Shown one piece after another: positions 10,786-19,883 of a stretch of DNA of 64,000 nucleotides. Made by a program: the position numbers and the translations under genes. The notes below the pieces were generated by a model. The model saw only the letters and a program-made list of their open reading frames with translations. It was not told the DNA's origin and searched no databases. Position 1 is the stretch's first letter. Every line of letters starts with the position of its first letter. This DNA comes from Phycisphaerae bacterium (GTDB lineage: Bacteria > Planctomycetota > Phycisphaerae > SM23-33), in assembly GCA_016782885.1 (NCBI GenBank), contig JADHXQ010000009.1, forward strand, positions 276 to 64,275. Direction: 5' to 3'.

Positions 10786-12771
10786 TCAGGACATCTGAGC
10801 GGAGAACTCGTCGCGGATCATTTCGATGTCAGGCAGGGAAGCGATAAACTTCTTTCCGTATGATTTGGTCACCAGGCGGCGATCGAGGACCACAACAATC
10901 CCTGTATCGCTGGTGGACCTTATCAACCGCCCGAAGCCCTGCTTGAACCGAATAATTGCTTCGGGCAGTTGGTACTGCACGAACGGATTTCCCCCTCCCT
11001 GGCGGATCGCGTCGATTCGCGCCTCGACGATCGGATCGTTGGGTGCGGCAAAGGGAAGCTTGGCGATCATCACGTTCTGCAGTGCCTCACCGGCGACGTC
11101 CACGCCCTGCCAGAAGCTCGCCGTTCCCAGCAGCACGGTGCGCCCGTTGCGGCGGAAACGTTCGAGCATTGCCCCTCGGGGCAGATTGCGCCCCTGAACC
11201 AGCAGGCTGTATTCGTTGTCGGTGCAGAACTCTTCGAGCGTCTCGGCCACTGCCTCGAGCATGGTATAGCTGGTCAGCAGCACGAAGCATCGCCCTTTGG
11301 ATTTTTGGACGTAGTACTCGATGGCCTTCGATGCCGCCGGGACGAACTGTTCGAGATCGTTGGGATCTCCCAGTTGCGTTTCGACGTGCAATTTGGCCTG
11401 TTTTCGGAAATCGAACGGGCTGGTCAACAGCACTTCGTCGGCCTCGTCGAGCCCCAGGCGACTGCGGATGTAGTCAAAACCATGTTTTCCTCCTCTGGCT
11501 GTGGCCAGCGTGGCGCTGGTCAGCACTACGCTTGCCGTGTTGTCGAACAGCAGTTGTCTCATCAGCGGGGCTACGTCGACAGGCGCCGAGGCCAGCGTGA
11601 CGTTTGGGCCCCTGCCTTTCCAGGCATCGCGGCGGGTCACCCAGTATACATGCCCGGGGTCTGCCTGTGAGACCAGGGCTTCGAGCTTGGAAGCCATCTC
11701 GACGGCCCGCTGTTCGCAGGTCAGCAGTTCCAGACCATGGTCGTCGGTTTTGGCCTTGCGGCGGAGTTCGGCGACTGTGGCGGACAGTTCCATCAGGGCG
11801 GGGCTCAGGATATTGGGAATCACTCCCTCCCGGGTGATCCGCCCGTTGGATGCGATCGCCGGACCCCGGTAAGAACTCAACTCCCGGAAGAAGGACTCGG
11901 CGGCCGAGGCGGTCCGATTGACAACCGCTATACCCTGACCGTCGCCGACCATCGTTATGATACCGCGATCGGTCTTGGCGTTGTAGAGGTCGCGAAGCAG
12001 AAACCTGACCATCGACCATGAAACGCTCCGGCCGAAATGGTCGCCGGCAACCTGTTCGACGGTGTGGGCCTCATCGAGAACCACCATGTCGTAATCGCCC
12101 AGAAACTGGAGTTCTTGTGCCCGCATCGCCAGATCGGAGAAGAACATCGCGTGGTTCACGACGAGTATGTCGGCTTTGAGCATCCGCCTCCGTGCGCGGC
12201 GGAGGTGGCAGGGCCCGTAGTGCTCGCACTTGGCGCCCCTGCACAGTCCGGTTTCGGCGCGGACCTTCTGCCAGACATCGGGGCTCACGGAAAAACTGAT
12301 ATCCTGCAGCGACCCGTCCGCGGTTTCCATCGCCCAGCGAGCGACTGTTTCGAGCATATCGAGCTTCGCTGTATCGGCGAAGAGTTTGTCCTTGGACTTG
12401 ATCGCCATCGACAGTCGCCGGAAACAGACGTAATTGGTTCGCCCCTTGCCCAGAACGGCGTTGAATTCCATCGGGAGGATTTCGGCGAGAAACGGCAGGT
12501 CTTTTGAGATCAACTGTTCCTGCAGTGCGATGGTGTAGGTGGAGATCACGATTCGTCGCTTGTTTTCAACCGCTTGGAGAATCGACGGGACCAGGTATGC
12601 GAAACTCTTGCCCACACCGGTGCCCGCTTCGGCCAGAACGTGCCTCAAGGCCTCGAACCCCACAGCCACCGCCAGCGCCATGTCCAACTGCTCGGGGCGT
12701 TCCTCGTAGTTGTCGAGGTTAGACGCCACCAATCCGCCTGGGGCAAGGATGTCTTCTACAGACAGGCTCAT
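10786..12771 (-). CDS. dinG: DinG/XPD-family ATP-dependent DNA helicase with Fe-S domain
   Basis: Motifs AGTGVGKSFAYLVP (Walker A) and VVLDEAH (DEAH). Four Cys (YVCF, GLCRGAKCEHYGPCH) sit where the DinG/XPD 4Fe-4S domain lies. Start set to ATG 12771 (MSLSVEDIL...), which overlaps the upstream stop as ATGA. The 149-aa N-terminal extension in the ORF track is rejected. Confidence 0.85.
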   Translation of the reverse strand: MSLSVEDILAPGGLVASNLDNYEERPEQLDMALAVAVGFEALRHVLAEAGTGVGKSFAYLVPSILQAVENKRRIVISTYTIALQEQLISKDLPFLAEILPMEFNAVLGKGRTNYVCFRRLSMAIKSKDKLFADTAKLDMLETVARWAMETADGSLQDISFSVSPDVWQKVRAETGLCRGAKCEHYGPCHLRRARRRMLKADILVVNHAMFFSDLAMRAQELQFLGDYDMVVLDEAHTVEQVAGDHFGRSVSWSMVRFLLRDLYNAKTDRGIITMVGDGQGIAVVNRTASAAESFFRELSSYRGPAIASNGRITREGVIPNILSPALMELSATVAELRRKAKTDDHGLELLTCEQRAVEMASKLEALVSQADPGHVYWVTRRDAWKGRGPNVTLASAPVDVAPLMRQLLFDNTASVVLTSATLATARGGKHGFDYIRSRLGLDEADEVLLTSPFDFRKQAKLHVETQLGDPNDLEQFVPAASKAIEYYVQKSKGRCFVLLTSYTMLEAVAETLEEFCTDNEYSLLVQGRNLPRGAMLERFRRNGRTVLLGTASFWQGVDVAGEALQNVMIAKLPFAAPNDPIVEARIDAIRQGGGNPFVQYQLPEAIIRFKQGFGRLIRSTSDTGIVVVLDRRLVTKSYGKKFIASLPDIEMIRDEFSAQMS

Positions 12772-13247
12772 CCGTCGCCAGCCACCTGCCGGACCTCCTG
12801 GGGTTCGGACCTCATCTGGCGTACGAACTGGCGCGTAAACATGAACGTCAGGAGAATCGCGATGATTGTTATGATTACGGCGATAAGGGTGATAATCGCT
12901 CGACCTCGAACCAGCGCCGAACGCATCGACTCGACGATCCGGTCCTTGGCGAGAGTCAGCATCGCCAGCATCACCGCGCCGAACGTCGGCCAGATGCTGA
13001 TCGAGTGGATCGCGCTGTAGATAAACACGCACCGGCTCACGGGATCCGTTCGTCCGCCCAGCAGGTACTGCGTTTGACCACCGGTGGAGATTATTTTCCC
13101 GTGAATCGCCTCGCCTCCGATGATGAGATACGCGATGGTGTAGACGAGGAAATTCGCCAGACCGATAACAATCACGTACACGCAGATACTCGATCGGCGA
13201 TCGAGTTGGGACCGCCACGACGTCGATGGTTTATCGCCTGGATTCAA
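12768..13247 (-). CDS. small integral membrane protein (3-4 TM), unknown function
   Basis: 159-aa ORF with hydrophobic spans [39 protein letters not shown] and [20 protein letters not shown]. Its TTG start overlaps the thiG stop (TTGA) and its stop overlaps the dinG ATG (ATGA). Confidence 0.5.
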   Translation of the reverse strand: MNPGDKPSTSWRSQLDRRSSICVYVIVIGLANFLVYTIAYLIIGGEAIHGKIISTGGQTQYLLGGRTDPVSRCVFIYSAIHSISIWPTFGAVMLAMLTLAKDRIVESMRSALVRGRAIITLIAVIITIIAILLTFMFTRQFVRQMRSEPQEVRQVAGDG

Positions 13248-14062
13248 TTCTCCGCTCCAATCACGCCTTCAATCGGGGAAGACGCCGTCGCGTAGAGTTT
13301 GCGTGGTATCCGCCCGGCTCCGGCGGCGAGATGTCCTGATTCGACGGCCAGTTTCATCGCCCGGGCCATCGCTATCGGGTCGCGGGCGCCCGCTATGCCC
13401 GTGTTCAACAGCACTCCGTCTGCGCCGAGTTCCATCGCTATTGTGACGTCGCTGGCCGTACCGACGCCCGCGTCAACGATCACCGGGTAATCGGGCGAAG
13501 CGTCCTTGAGCTGTTCGAGGATGATGCGAATGCTCCACGGGTTCAGCACGCCCTGCCCCGAGCCGATGGGGCTTCCGGCGGGCATTACCGAATCGGCGCC
13601 GGCGTCTTTGAGGCGCCTCGCCATTATGGGATCGTCGCTGGTGTAGCACAGCACGGTAAACTCTTCGTCCTTGAGGGCCTTCAGGGCTTCCAGCGTGCCT
13701 ATCGGATCGGGCAGCAGCGTCTTGGTGTCTCCGAGCACTTCGAGTTTGACCCAGCGGCTCCCGGGATTGTCGATCCCTTCCAGCAGTTCTCTTCCCAGGC
13801 GGGCGGTGCGAATTGCATCGTCGGCTGAAAAGCATCCTGCCGTGTTGGGCAGCAGCGTGTATTTGTCCGGGTCGAGGAAGTCCATGATATTCCGCCCGTC
13901 GGCGTCGGTCATCCGCTCGCGGCGCACGGCTACGGTTACGACCTGGCAACCGCTTTCAGCCAGCGCGTCGCGCATCAGTTCGTAGGTTTCATACTTGCCT
14001 GTGCCTACCAGCAGGCGGCTGGTGAACTCGAAATCCCCGATCCGTATATTGCTGTGACTCAT
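13244..14062 (-). CDS. thiG: thiazole synthase
   Basis: N-terminus [24 protein letters not shown], then VVTVAVRR and later [11 protein letters not shown]. Length of 272 aa is typical of ThiG. Confidence 0.9.
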   Translation of the reverse strand: MSHSNIRIGDFEFTSRLLVGTGKYETYELMRDALAESGCQVVTVAVRRERMTDADGRNIMDFLDPDKYTLLPNTAGCFSADDAIRTARLGRELLEGIDNPGSRWVKLEVLGDTKTLLPDPIGTLEALKALKDEEFTVLCYTSDDPIMARRLKDAGADSVMPAGSPIGSGQGVLNPWSIRIILEQLKDASPDYPVIVDAGVGTASDVTIAMELGADGVLLNTGIAGARDPIAMARAMKLAVESGHLAAGAGRIPRKLYATASSPIEGVIGAEN

Positions 14063-14094
14063 GTGAATTATCCTTGTTGAAACGCGGCGGGATA

Positions 14095-14295
14095 TTATCC
14101 GCCGCCGACCAGCGTTACGATCTCCAGTTCGTCATTGTCGACCAGCGTGGTCTGATCGAACGTCTTGCGCCTCACGATAACCGCATTGCGTTCGACTGCG
14201 ACACGGCGCTGGTCAAAGTCGAGCACCGCCAGGAGCCCGGTTACCGTCAGACCGTCGCTGTGTTCGGCCCACTCGCCATTTATCTTGATCCGCAC
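14095..14295 (-). CDS. thiS: sulfur-carrier protein ThiS
   Basis: Ends in ...[12 protein letters not shown] (C-terminal GG) and lies directly upstream of thiG. A GTG at 14295 gives the canonical 66 aa (MRIKINGEW...). The ORF track start at 14322 (TTG) is an upper bound. Confidence 0.8.
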   Translation of the reverse strand: MRIKINGEWAEHSDGLTVTGLLAVLDFDQRRVAVERNAVIVRRKTFDQTTLVDNDELEIVTLVGGG

Positions 14296-14561
14296 CGCGC
14301 CATTATGCGCCCGGAGCCACAACGGGTCAAGGTGCCCTGTGCGGTGGTGCGGGTCAATCTACGACGGCATGGCCACGGCATGGTCACAAAGGACTCAAAG
14401 GTTACAGATTGTGACCTTGAATCAACACCAATTCCGGTGTCGCTTAATTATTGTCGCCGAGCGTCCGATTGGTTAGATTGCCTATATGGGTTGACTGAGC
14501 CGTAGACGCGGCTTCGGCGCGAGTGATTCAAAGCGCCCCCCGAATTAGGAAGGCATCGTGC

Positions 14562-15299
14562 ATGGTCATTAAGAATAAGATTTCCGAATATGAACGAGAC
14601 ATATGTTCCATATTGGCACGTCTTGCGTATCACATGCATCCAAGAATAATTGAGCGGATACAAGAACAGAATACTCGGGAGTATGGCTACTTTAGAGATC
14701 TATTCGACGGCAGAATAGAAATCGGCAATTATCTGTTTGATGGCTCTGCATGTGTTTTCCCCGGTGTCAGGAGATACGTAAGCGGTCAAGGTAAGAAAAG
14801 GGCATACAACATCGAGTACAAGGCAATAATCGATGACAACACATTTCCTCGTCACATCTGGTGTTTTCTTGAAAACGGAAAAACGTACAACGGACCAAAC
14901 TGGAAGAATACAGTCTTGGGTGAGTTTGAACTGGCTCATGTGTTTACACATAAGGACTCAGAGCTTGATTTTGAAAAACTGTTTTTCTCAACCGTCCGAG
15001 GAGATTTGTATCCGTATGGTGATTTTTCCTGTGCTTGTAACGTGGCATTATTACCCAAGGGGACTGTAAGGCCCACTGATAATTCGACAGCGATCAAAGC
15101 TGCATTTTACAAACGCTACATTGACCTTTACGGAGAGACTCCACTTAATGGTCGTAGTGGTTTCAATGAGTCACTTGTGCCCCGTTGGTATGGCGATCTG
15201 AACTGGAATGAGCCCGAATTACCTGAGGATTGGGAATCAAATATCAACAAACTATTGAAGTATAGAACAGGCAGAATTACAGGGTTATTGAATAAATGA
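14562..15299 (+). CDS. hypothetical protein (245 aa) in AT-rich islet
   Basis: ATG 14562 is preceded by AGGAAGG 8 nt upstream. The sequence is visibly AT-richer than its flanks. No family recognised; notable segments are ELAHVFTHK and CACNVALLPKGTVRPTD. Confidence 0.6.
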   Translation: MVIKNKISEYERDICSILARLAYHMHPRIIERIQEQNTREYGYFRDLFDGRIEIGNYLFDGSACVFPGVRRYVSGQGKKRAYNIEYKAIIDDNTFPRHIWCFLENGKTYNGPNWKNTVLGEFELAHVFTHKDSELDFEKLFFSTVRGDLYPYGDFSCACNVALLPKGTVRPTDNSTAIKAAFYKRYIDLYGETPLNGRSGFNESLVPRWYGDLNWNEPELPEDWESNINKLLKYRTGRITGLLNK

Positions 15300-15383
15300 A
15301 ACAGGACGTACTTCTGGCTGGACCGACCGTAATAGCTGTTATGTTGTGTTCATTACATTTGAAATTGTACTGGCAATTCTACT

Positions 15384-15599
15384 CTAGGGAAGATTTTTGT
15401 ATAAGATTCCGTGGTCACCTTCGACCGGACTTGTATGCGGATCGTCACCCCAGGCTATCGCGTCCGGAATGCCTTTTGGAAAGGCTCGACAAACGGGAAT
15501 AGTCCCTTCGTCGCGTGGATCTTTTGTCGGGCTGATGAAATCACCAGTCTCGTCCCAGTGTACACACTCTCGCTTGCTGCATTGTGGTTGTTCCATCAT
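15384..15599 (-). CDS. small Cys-containing hypothetical protein (71 aa)
   Basis: MMEQPQCSKRECVHWDE...CRAFPKGIPDAIAWGDDPHTSPVEGDHGILY. It resembles a recurrent small-protein pattern (C.AFP.GIP..I.....H..P..GD.GI.F/Y) recalled from other bacteria. It competes with an overlapping + strand ORF at 15296..15502. Confidence 0.45.
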   Translation of the reverse strand: MMEQPQCSKRECVHWDETGDFISPTKDPRDEGTIPVCRAFPKGIPDAIAWGDDPHTSPVEGDHGILYKNLP

Positions 15600-15763
15600 A
15601 ACATTGAATCCTTCCAGGCCTGTGCCTAAATTCCGGGGAGATGCACCAGTAGCTGACGGAGGGTGCGCCGGGGTTAGGCATCAAAACAGGGATTGCGGGG
15701 CGGTATAGGGAACCCACTGGACGCGCAGCAGGCCTGCACGCGATTCCCTGTTTCCGAGGGCAT

Positions 15764-15994
15764 CTACTGATGTTGCGCAACGTAAAGATCGATGAGCCTG
15801 CGGATCATCTTCTGGTATTGCGTGCGGTGACGCTTCGCTTCCCTCTTGAAAAACTCAACGCTGGACTTACTCAAGCCGATGGTTACCTTAATCTGGTCTT
15901 CCTTGAAGACGAGTTGTTCCGGTGGCGGAAGCGAGTCGCGCAGGACCTTCACGTCCCCAATCGGGCCTTTAGTGTATTTGATTTTCTCTTTCAT
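15764..15994 (-). CDS. brnA: BrnA-family antitoxin (RHH)
   Basis: KVTIGLSKSSVEFFKREAKRHRTQYQKMIRRLIDLYV matches the BrnA C-terminal pattern. It overlaps the 3' end of brnT by 26 nt. Confidence 0.75.
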   Translation of the reverse strand: MKEKIKYTKGPIGDVKVLRDSLPPPEQLVFKEDQIKVTIGLSKSSVEFFKREAKRHRTQYQKMIRRLIDLYVAQHQ

Positions 15995-16256
15995 ATATTC
16001 CTTTGCCTTTCCGCCAGTAACCGGCGCCGAAGATGCGAATCGTCGAGCCGCGAATTGTGAAGCGGACCGTCAGAACACCCATGCCGACCATGCCGAAGCA
16101 GAAGTATCGCTTCTCGTCTTGACTGTGCGAAACATCTTCCGCTATGACACGATCCGGATCGGCAAAGGCATATTGTGCAAGCTCGAAAGGTACGCCGTGC
16201 TTCTCCTGGTTATCTCGGTCCTTCCCGAGATCCCAATCGAATCCCATCTCAGCCAT
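15969..16256 (-). CDS. brnT: BrnT-family toxin (DUF497 ribonuclease)
   Basis: FDWDLGKDRDNQEKHGVPFELAQYAF.DP......D....E.R....G......LTVRFTIRGSTIRIFGAGYWRKG is the typical BrnT layout. Confidence 0.8.
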   Translation of the reverse strand: MAEMGFDWDLGKDRDNQEKHGVPFELAQYAFADPDRVIAEDVSHSQDEKRYFCFGMVGMGVLTVRFTIRGSTIRIFGAGYWRKGKGIYERENQIH

Positions 16257-16374
16257 GATGACAGTATATCCGATGAGTCCGATACAGGCAATACAAATAT
16301 ATGGCTAATAGTCTGGAGGCACGATCCCGAATACTCCGCTCAGCTTCGCATTCGGGTCATGTCCCCGCAGGTGT

Positions 16375-16403
16375 TTGCATCATCGGCGCGATAAACCTAT
16401 AAT
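16375..16403 (+). promoter_or_regulatory. sigma70-like promoter candidate for galE
   Basis: TTGCAT (16375..16380), a 17-nt spacer, then TATAAT (16398..16403). It lies 33 nt upstream of the ATG, and AGGAGA is present at 16424..16429. Confidence 0.45.
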
Positions 16404-16435
16404 CCGCCGCTGGCATTGATGCTCAGGAGAATCTG

Positions 16436-17425
16436 ATGAACGTTTTGCTCACGGGTGGCGCAGGGTACATCGGATCGCACGTGCTTCGTGCCCTGCTCGA
16501 CGCCGGACACAACTGCGCGGTATACGATTCGCTGGTCAAAGGGCATGCGCGCTCGGTCGACCCGACAGGCGCCAGGCTAATACTCGGCGACGTGGCGGAC
16601 AGCCGGACGCTGGGGCAGACCCTCGACGAAAACGAAATCGATACGGTTATCAACTTCGCGGCGTTCATAGAGGCCGGCGAGTCAGTCGAAAAGCCCGAAA
16701 AATACTTCCACAACAATACCATCAAGGGCCTCGAACTTCTGGAAACCATGCGCGCCGGGGGCGTTAAACGGATTGTATTCTCTTCGACGGCAGCCGTTTA
16801 CGGCTCGCCCGAGCGCATACCGATCGAGGAGACCGACCCGCTGGTCCCGATAAACCCCTACGGGGCGAGCAAACTCTGCGTCGAATATATGCTGCGGGCC
16901 TATGCTCATGTCTACGGGATCGGTGGTGTCGTGCTGCGGTACTTCAACGTAGCCGGCGCCCACCCGTCGGGCGAAACAGGCGAAGACCACACGCCCGAGA
17001 CGCACCTGGTCCCGCTGGTGCTGCAGGTTCCTCTCGGGATGCGAAACGACATCAAGATATTCGGCGACGATTACGACACGCCCGACGGCACGTGCATCCG
17101 CGACTACATACACGTCTGCGACCTGTCCGAAGCTCACGTGCTTGCCGCTGAAGCCATCGAGCACGGGCAGATCAAGACCTACAACCTCGGTAACGGAGAG
17201 GGCTTCAGCGTCAGGGAAGTCATAGAAACCTGCCGCGAAGTTACGAACCATGAAATACCGTCGCAAGTTACTCCCCGCCGCCCGGGAGACCCGCCCGGGC
17301 TGGTCGCGTCGTCCCGGAAGGCAATCGATGAATTAGGATGGAAACCCCGATTCGCCGAACTCAAGACCATCGTGACGGACGCCTGGGCGTGGCATCAGAA
17401 CCATCCCGACGGATACGACGACTAA
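16436..17425 (+). CDS. galE: UDP-glucose 4-epimerase
   Basis: MNVLLTGGAGYIGSH (NAD-binding GxxGxxG), SSTAAVYG and YGASK (the YxxxK catalytic motif). Length 329 aa. Confidence 0.9.
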   Translation: MNVLLTGGAGYIGSHVLRALLDAGHNCAVYDSLVKGHARSVDPTGARLILGDVADSRTLGQTLDENEIDTVINFAAFIEAGESVEKPEKYFHNNTIKGLELLETMRAGGVKRIVFSSTAAVYGSPERIPIEETDPLVPINPYGASKLCVEYMLRAYAHVYGIGGVVLRYFNVAGAHPSGETGEDHTPETHLVPLVLQVPLGMRNDIKIFGDDYDTPDGTCIRDYIHVCDLSEAHVLAAEAIEHGQIKTYNLGNGEGFSVREVIETCREVTNHEIPSQVTPRRPGDPPGLVASSRKAIDELGWKPRFAELKTIVTDAWAWHQNHPDGYDD

Positions 17426-17435
17426 CCCGCATTTC

Positions 17436-18917
17436 TCACGATCTTTTCCGCGTCGCCAGAGACACTGCCCATATCAGCACAAGGTTCAGCACAAACCCGG
17501 GAATCAGTCCCGTGGCGAACAACTCCCGGGCATGGAAGATCGGGGCTGTCGATTTCCAGAAGTAAACTGTGGAGACACCTGCAATCATGCCTGCAAGCGC
17601 GCCGTGGCGATTGGCGCGTCTGGTCAGCAGGCCTAACGTGACGACCGGTCCGAGCCCGGCGCCGAGAATGCCCCAGGCATCCAGAACCTTCGACAGCACA
17701 CTCTCGCCGCCCCATGCAATCGGCAGGGCAGCGGCGCCCAGGATCAGAATAGTTATCCGCCCGATCCAGACAGCCCGCCGTCCGTGAGCCTTTCCACCAA
17801 ACAGGCGAATGTAAATGTCCTGCTCGACGGCGGAAGCGGCCACCAGCAACTGCGAGTCGACGGTGCTCATCATGGCAGCTACCGCGCCGGCGATCATCAC
17901 CCCGGCGATTCCGGGATGCATAAGCCTCAGCGCCAGCGAAGGCATGGCCTGGTCCTTGTCGCCCAGCTCTCCGAGCATCACACGCGCGATCAGCCCCACG
18001 GCGATCGCGCCGGCCATCGCAAGAATCGACCAGGCGATACCGATAATCGCCGCCTGTCGCATCTTCCGGGGATCTTTCAGCGCCATGAATCGAACCAGGA
18101 TGTGCGGTTGGCCCGGGTATCCGGGACCGTATGACATATTCCCCAATACCACGCCTATCCAGAAAGCAGCCCCGCTGGTGGAGATTATGCCCGCACCCTC
18201 TACCGACTTACCGGTCACGCTGAGGATTTCCGGGTCGAAGGCGTGTAGTTTGTCGCCGACCACCGCCAGGCTTCCCACGGCGATCACGCCGATTATCGGA
18301 AGGATCACGACGGTCAACACCATCAACATGCCCTGCGCCAGGTCCGTCCATGAAACGGCAAGAAATCCGCCCATGATGGTGTAGAGCATGATTATCCCGA
18401 CGCCGATGAGCATTCCCCAGTGGTAAGTGATGCCAAACTCGCCCCAGGGAGTCTCGACATGCCCGAAAGTAGTCGTAAAAACCTTGCCCGCGGCAATGAA
18501 CTGGGAAGCGATGTAGGTCGCGTAGCCCAGCAGAATAATCAGGACCGATGCGATGCGAACCAAAGGCCGCCCGCCGGCGTAACGACTTGAAAGGTAGTCG
18601 GGTATCGTCAGAGATCCGTAGCGCTCGGAGTCCCGCCGGAGACGCGGGGCGATGACGACCCAGTTAAAGATGATCCCCGCACTGCATCCCACCAGCAGCC
18701 ATATGGCGCTTAGCCCGGTCGCGTAGGCGTACGCCGGAAGACCAATGAGCAACCAGGCGCTCATGTCGCTGGCCTGGGCGCTTATCGCGGTGACCCATAC
18801 GCCCATTTTCCTCCCGCCAAGAACGAAATCCTCCAGCGTGCGGTTGAAACGCATGCAGTAAACGCCAATGGCCGCCAGCACCACCAGATAGAGCACAAAC
18901 ACGCTCAAAATCCACAT
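17436..18917 (-). CDS. sodium:solute symporter family transporter (PutP-like)
   Basis: 493-aa polytopic membrane protein (about 13 hydrophobic spans) with an SSS-like N-terminus (...FVLGGRKMGVWVTAISAQASDMSAWLLIGLP). Confidence 0.8.
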   Translation of the reverse strand: MWILSVFVLYLVVLAAIGVYCMRFNRTLEDFVLGGRKMGVWVTAISAQASDMSAWLLIGLPAYAYATGLSAIWLLVGCSAGIIFNWVVIAPRLRRDSERYGSLTIPDYLSSRYAGGRPLVRIASVLIILLGYATYIASQFIAAGKVFTTTFGHVETPWGEFGITYHWGMLIGVGIIMLYTIMGGFLAVSWTDLAQGMLMVLTVVILPIIGVIAVGSLAVVGDKLHAFDPEILSVTGKSVEGAGIISTSGAAFWIGVVLGNMSYGPGYPGQPHILVRFMALKDPRKMRQAAIIGIAWSILAMAGAIAVGLIARVMLGELGDKDQAMPSLALRLMHPGIAGVMIAGAVAAMMSTVDSQLLVAASAVEQDIYIRLFGGKAHGRRAVWIGRITILILGAAALPIAWGGESVLSKVLDAWGILGAGLGPVVTLGLLTRRANRHGALAGMIAGVSTVYFWKSTAPIFHARELFATGLIPGFVLNLVLIWAVSLATRKRS

Positions 18918-19183
18918 CTTCTAACGTTCTCCACCAGGATTCAGGAAGCTGAGAGTACGACAAGATGCTAATGGCCCGGTACTTCGGACGCAAGAGGAAG
19001 CAGCAGCTTTTCGCCGGCGCTCGGAGGGCAACAGGATATTGTGGGTGGATTCTCAGAATACGCTTGGAGAAAAAGGGATTTCGAGGTATACTCACGGTGC
19101 TTTCGATTGCTCTGATGTCCAGCCGGACAACGCCCGTTCAGCATGCTTGGGCATCGCACAGAACGTAGAGAAGGAGAGGTCAA

Positions 19184-19861
19184 ATGAAGGGTCGATCCGC
19201 TTGTGTTGTTCTGGTGGTCATCGCCGTCTCATCTTTTTCCACTCAGGCGGCGGTTATCACAGGTATTTCGATCCCGGTCAACAGCATGGATCAGGGATGT
19301 TATGCCCGGAACGACGGCCTATGGTCGGTGGCGGTGCCTCCATATCCTCTGAACACAAACACGGGCATCGGCAGGATAATCAATCCCGCCTCCACCTCGG
19401 TTTTCAGCCTGCACGATCACGTCTATTCAACCTCGTATGTTCCGGACCCGACACGGGCGGTCGTCACGTACAAATTCAACCAGTCGGCGGTAGTAGATCA
19501 GGTCGAGATAATCCAGCATCGTAATGGTATTACGCGTATCCAGGGTTTCGTCGGCGATTCGCTTGGTTCGCTGGTTTCGATAGGAGCGATTTTCGGACCG
19601 AACGGTGATGTTACCGGGGTAAACACCTTCTCCGAGGGCCAATCCTACTTATTCGATTTCAATAACACGATGGGCGGTCGGTACTTTCAAATGATTGTCC
19701 TCAAGACCAGCCTGTCCAATGGGTACGCCACCTACCAAGTCGTGCCGCGTGATGCTAATAGCGTGGCGTTCGAGCCGGCTCTCACCCCCGAACCGGCATC
19801 GCTGGTAGTGATGCTGGGAGGCATTGGTCTCCTCTTGAAACGGCGCCGGCGCGGCCGGTAG
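19184..19861 (+). CDS. PEP-CTERM sorting-domain exoprotein
   Basis: GAAGGAGAGG RBS, signal peptide VVLVVIAVSSFSTQA, and C-terminus TPEPASLVVMLGGIGLLLKRRRRGR (PEP motif + TM + Arg cluster). Confidence 0.8.
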   Translation: MKGRSACVVLVVIAVSSFSTQAAVITGISIPVNSMDQGCYARNDGLWSVAVPPYPLNTNTGIGRIINPASTSVFSLHDHVYSTSYVPDPTRAVVTYKFNQSAVVDQVEIIQHRNGITRIQGFVGDSLGSLVSIGAIFGPNGDVTGVNTFSEGQSYLFDFNNTMGGRYFQMIVLKTSLSNGYATYQVVPRDANSVAFEPALTPEPASLVVMLGGIGLLLKRRRRGR

Positions 19862-19883
19862 ATGTGTCAGCTCTTCGCAGTTC

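Noticed and set aside
12772-13218. N-terminal 149-aa extension of the DinG ORF (track start 13218).
   Set aside because: The extension is Arg/His/Pro-rich nonsense. It overlaps a well-formed membrane-protein ORF in another frame, and helicase similarity begins at ATG 12771, which forms an ATGA overlap.
14296-14561. Expected TPP (THI-box) riboswitch upstream of thiS.
   Set aside because: I could not find the conserved CUGAGA and ACCUGAUCUGGAUAAUGCCAGCG cores on the minus strand; only a weak resemblance (GGCTCAGTCAACCC) is present. A covariance-model scan is needed, so I do not call it.
15296-15502. 68-aa + strand ORF after the 245-aa islet gene.
   Set aside because: It overlaps the more protein-like 71-aa minus-strand ORF and has a hydrophobic, low-complexity start with no RBS.
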